Both the position numbers and the translations under genes were made by a program. Below the pieces are notes generated by a model that saw nothing but the letters and a program-made list of their open reading frames with translations, was not told the DNA's origin and searched no databases. A stretch of DNA of 64,000 bases from Malacoraja senta (taxonomy: Eukaryota): assembly GCA_038087875.1 (NCBI GenBank), contig CM075977.1:271498001-271562000 (forward strand). Reading direction: 5' to 3'. Shown one piece after another: positions 63,248-64,000 of this stretch. Positions within the stretch are counted from its first letter, which is position 1. Every line of letters begins with the position of its first letter.

Positions 63248-64000
63248 TACACAAAAATGCTGGAGAAACTCAGCGGGTGCAGCAGCATCTATGGAGCGAA
63301 GGAAATAGGCAACGTTTCGGGCCGAAACTCTTCTTCAGACTGATGGGGGGTGGGGAGAAGAAAGGAAAAAAGGCGGAGGAGGAGGAGCCCGAGGGCTGGG
63401 GGATGGGAGGAGACAACCAGAGGGCTGATGAAGGGGAGGGGACAGCAAGGGCTAGCAGAATTGGGAGAATTCAATGTTCATGCCCCCAGGATGTAGACTG
63501 CCCAAGCGGAATATGAGGTGCATTTCCTCCAATTTCCGGTGTTGCTCGCTGTGGCCATGGAGGAGACCCAGGACGGAGAGGTCGGATACAGAATGGGAGG
63601 GGGAGTTGAAGTGCTGAGCCAGCGGGAGGTCAGGTTGGTTATTGCGGACCGAACGGAGGTGTTCGGCGAAACGATCACCAAGCCTCCACTTGGTCTCACC
63701 GATGTAGATCAGCTGGCATCTAGAGCAGCGGATGCAATAGATGAGGTTGGAGGAGATGCAGGTGAACCTCTGTCACACCTGGAACGACTGCTTGGGTCCT
63801 TGAATGGAGTCGAGGGGGGAGGTGATGGGACAAGTGTTGCATCTCTTGCGGTTGTAAGGGAAAGTGCCCGGGGAGGGGGTGGTACGGGAGGGAAGGGAAG
63901 AATTGACAAGGGAGTTACGGAGGGAGCGGTCTTTGCGGAAGGCAGACATGGGGGGAGATGGGAAGATGTGGCGAGTGGTGGGGTCACGTTGGAGGTGGCG
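63248..64000 (-). mobile_element. Penelope-like element (Neptune type) 3' end: GIY-YIG endonuclease plus terminal repeat with hammerhead motif, runs off the window
   Basis: Minus frame FTCISSNLIYCIRCSRCQLIYIGETKWRLGDRFAEH...HFN...EE..IFRLGSLHPGGMN. CTGAAGA...GAAACGTT at 63338-63311. Confidence 0.9.

Noticed and set aside
63770-63780. In-frame TGA in the Penelope ORF as selenocysteine
   Set aside because: The context QV*QRFTC fits CGA-to-TGA CpG decay at an Arg codon. It is not a Cys position and I saw no SECIS.

Overview
Repeat-dense vertebrate DNA. The repeat set (V-SINE/HE1-like SINEs sharing a 3' tail with CR1 LINEs, Rex1/Babar LINEs, Neptune-type Penelope elements) points to a cartilaginous fish such as a skate; this is an inference. 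Most of the window looks intronic. By hand I can thread a minus-strand gene through it: 7 GT-AG coding exons (57749 to 5813), all junction phases compatible, giving a ~277-aa protein I cannot assign to a family. A possible plus-strand terminal exon (3245-3381) converges on it. The introns hold: a full-length but frameshifted Gmr1-type Gypsy LTR element (9871-15905, PR-IN-RT-RH order); a full-length degenerate DIRS element (48181-52936) whose internal complementary region is split by a CR1 tail; a Rex1/Babar LINE (54761-57615); a composite hAT element; seven Harbinger-type MITEs; and many Penelope-derived fold-backs carrying minimal hammerhead motifs. The most unusual structure is local copy-paste of the locus's own DNA. 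A ~1.35-kb duplication put a second copy of the putative first coding exon into intron 4, and a templated insertion with re-copy and snap-back junctions sits inside a solo LTR. All coordinates were read by eye and no database searches were run.
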